Shown piece after piece: positions 22,469 to 24,000 of a stretch of DNA of 24,000 nucleotides. A model generated the notes under the pieces. It worked only from the letters and a program-made list of their open reading frames with translations. It made no database searches and was not told the DNA's origin. The stretch comes from Moritella viscosa. Lineage in GTDB: Bacteria; Pseudomonadota; Gammaproteobacteria; Enterobacterales; Moritellaceae. Location of the stretch: NCBI GenBank assembly GCA_000953735.1, contig LN554852.1:1165846-1189845 (forward strand). The letters are read 5' to 3'. Numbering within the stretch: position 1 is the stretch's first letter; each line of letters opens with the position of its first letter. The position numbers were made by a program, and so were the translations under genes.

Positions 22469-23095
22469 CTAAAACAAGTCTTCTTTACTTGTCAGCTCAA
22501 TCAAGATAGATAAGGCTGCACTGCCTCCCCAGGTTTTGGTTGCTTGATGAAATGCTTCAACATCAGGGTGCTGTGCTAACCACATTGGCAATTGACGCTT
22601 AAGGATGTTTTTGCCATGACCGTGCATGACATTACAACAGCGGATATGCTGCTTACGACACTCTGCAATTAATGCAGATATTTCTACCTTTGCTGTCTCT
22701 TGGCTTAAACCATGCAAGTCTAACAGTAATTCAGGTTCGTAATCACCACGACGTAGTTTCTTCAATTCATAAGGGGAAACACCTTCACGTATATAACGTG
22801 TAGGACCTTCGTCGGCAATATGTGGTTCAAATTGATCGGAGAAAAAATGTTCACGTTGCGCTGATTCTTGACGTATTGAATCATTTGCTTGAATTTTTGG
22901 TTTATTAGCCCTGATTTTTGTTTTGCGTATGGTATCCTGTGCCAAAGGTTTTATACCTTTCATACTATCAGAGAAAAGAGCGTGTTCATCTGGTTTCAGC
23001 GCTGCTTGCGATACTTTCACTTGTGCAGCCTGTGCCTGTTCTTTTGCTGCATCTATTTGCAGCAGCATCTTTTTTTTCATTTGTTTATTAAACAT
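22469..23095 (-). CDS. smrB: Smr-domain endonuclease SmrB (ribosome-collision rescue nuclease)
   Basis: 'KKLRRGDYEPELLLDLHGLSQETAK...CNVMHGHGKNILKRQLPMWLAQHPDVEAFHQA' is collinear with E. coli SmrB/YfcN. It is divergent from prmB, as in E. coli. Confidence 0.9.
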   Translation of the reverse strand: MFNKQMKKKMLLQIDAAKEQAQAAQVKVSQAALKPDEHALFSDSMKGIKPLAQDTIRKTKIRANKPKIQANDSIRQESAQREHFFSDQFEPHIADEGPTRYIREGVSPYELKKLRRGDYEPELLLDLHGLSQETAKVEISALIAECRKQHIRCCNVMHGHGKNILKRQLPMWLAQHPDVEAFHQATKTWGGSAALSILIELTSKEDLF

Positions 23096-23172
23096 AATGT
23101 AAGTTACCTAAATTCAACTGCTAAGCTCAGTTGATTAAACATTTTGTTATTTTACCAAAATTGGAGTCAATT

Positions 23173-24000
23173 GTGGACAGGATTTTTATTGACGAAGCAG
23201 TCAAAGAGTTAATTACAATACAAGACCTTATTCGTTGGGCTGTTAGCCGTTTTAACGATGCGGGTATTTTTTATGGTCACGGTACTGATAATGCGTGGGA
23301 TGAAGCTGTACAGTTAATCTTACCTACTTTACACCTGCCATTAGATATTGACCCTCAAATTCGTCATGCCAAACTGCTTACTTCTGAACGACTAAAATTG
23401 GTAGAACTGATCGTTCGTCGCGTAAATGAGCGTATTCCAGCTGCATACTTGACTAACAAAGCTTGGTTTGCAGGTTTAGAGTTCTTTGTTGATGAACGTG
23501 TATTAGTGCCACGCTCTCCGTTTGCAGAACTGATCATGAACGGTTTCCAGCCATGGTTAACACACGAACCAATGCGTGTACTTGATATGTGTACTGGCAG
23601 TGGTTGTATTGCCATTGCATTGTCACATGCATTCCCAGATTCAGACATTGATGCAGTTGATATTGAACATGGCGCGATTGAAGTTGCTGAGATCAACATC
23701 CAAGATCACGGTGTTGAGCATCAAGTAACGCCAATCCAATCTGATTTATTTTCGAACCTAACTGGTTTACGTTACGACATGATCGTATCGAATCCTCCTT
23801 ATGTTGATCAAGAAGACATTGATAACTTACCAGACGAGTTCAAACACGAACCTGAAATCGGTCTACAGTCTGGTTTTGATGGACTAGAGCTAACGCTTAA
23901 AATGCTAGCACAAGCACCTGATATGCTAAACGACGGCGGTTTACTGTTTGTTGAGATTGGTAACAGCATGGTTCACATGCAAGAGAAATTTCCAGAAGTA
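23173..24000 (+). CDS. prmB: 50S ribosomal protein L3 glutamine N5-methyltransferase PrmB, 5' portion (runs off window)
   Basis: Absent from the ORF track because there is no stop codon in the window. My translation from GTG 23173 (GGAG at 23163-23166) reads '[45 protein letters not shown]...[15 protein letters not shown]...MIVSNPPYV'. It contains the SAM-binding motif and the NPPY motif. The frame stays open to 24000. Confidence 0.9.
   Translation, partial: MDRIFIDEAVKELITIQDLIRWAVSRFNDAGIFYGHGTDNAWDEAVQLILPTLHLPLDIDPQIRHAKLLTSERLKLVELIVRRVNERIPAAYLTNKAWFAGLEFFVDERVLVPRSPFAELIMNGFQPWLTHEPMRVLDMCTGSGCIAIALSHAFPDSDIDAVDIEHGAIEVAEINIQDHGVEHQVTPIQSDLFSNLTGLRYDMIVSNPPYVDQEDIDNLPDEFKHEPEIGLQSGFDGLELTLKMLAQAPDMLNDGGLLFVEIGNSMVHMQEKFPEV

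Noticed and set aside
22241-23699. ORFs 22241..22429 (+), 22889..23134 (+) and 23364..23699 (-)
   Set aside because: They are antisense to the small tail-anchored protein gene, smrB and prmB respectively. The translations are Cys/Phe/Ser-rich and typical of the reverse frames of real genes.
1-24000. CRISPR arrays, long direct or inverted repeats, IS elements, retron/DGR-type or classical defence genes
   Set aside because: I scanned the intergenic regions and the ORF products. I saw no repeat-spacer periodicity, transposase, integrase, reverse transcriptase, nuclease-NTPase defence architecture or toxin-antitoxin pair.

Overview
AT-rich chromosomal segment from a gamma-proteobacterium. The sixA / smrB / prmB synteny and codon style suggest a marine Vibrionales- or Alteromonadales-like organism, but I cannot verify this. 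I support 22 protein-coding genes (two of them cut by the window edges), one tRNA-Ser(GGA), several rho-independent terminators and two sigma70-like promoters. I found no integrase, transposase, reverse transcriptase, CRISPR array, long repeat or classical defence or toxin gene. The right third (18.1-24 kb) is conserved housekeeping: a leaderless M16 insulinase-type peptidase, sixA, a ytfK-like DUF1107 gene, smrB and prmB. The best candidate for an undescribed system is a co-directional minus-strand envelope cluster at 2.5-6.3 kb. It encodes two tandem paralogous ~9-TM inner-membrane proteins (one fused to a secreted soluble domain), an outer-membrane beta-barrel and a secreted chalcone-isomerase-fold protein. 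It is flanked downstream by an MCP with a 6-TM membrane-embedded input and divergently by an ECH1-type dienoyl-CoA isomerase. Other notable points: a LuxR solo with a complete AHL-pocket signature, preceded by a 28-bp palindrome and followed by qor and eamA; a tight crotonase-pat-lysR-lysE operon in which lysR overlaps the pat stop codon; and a Pat that appears to lack part of its ATP-grasp-like region. All functional calls rest on motif recognition by eye, because no database search was possible.
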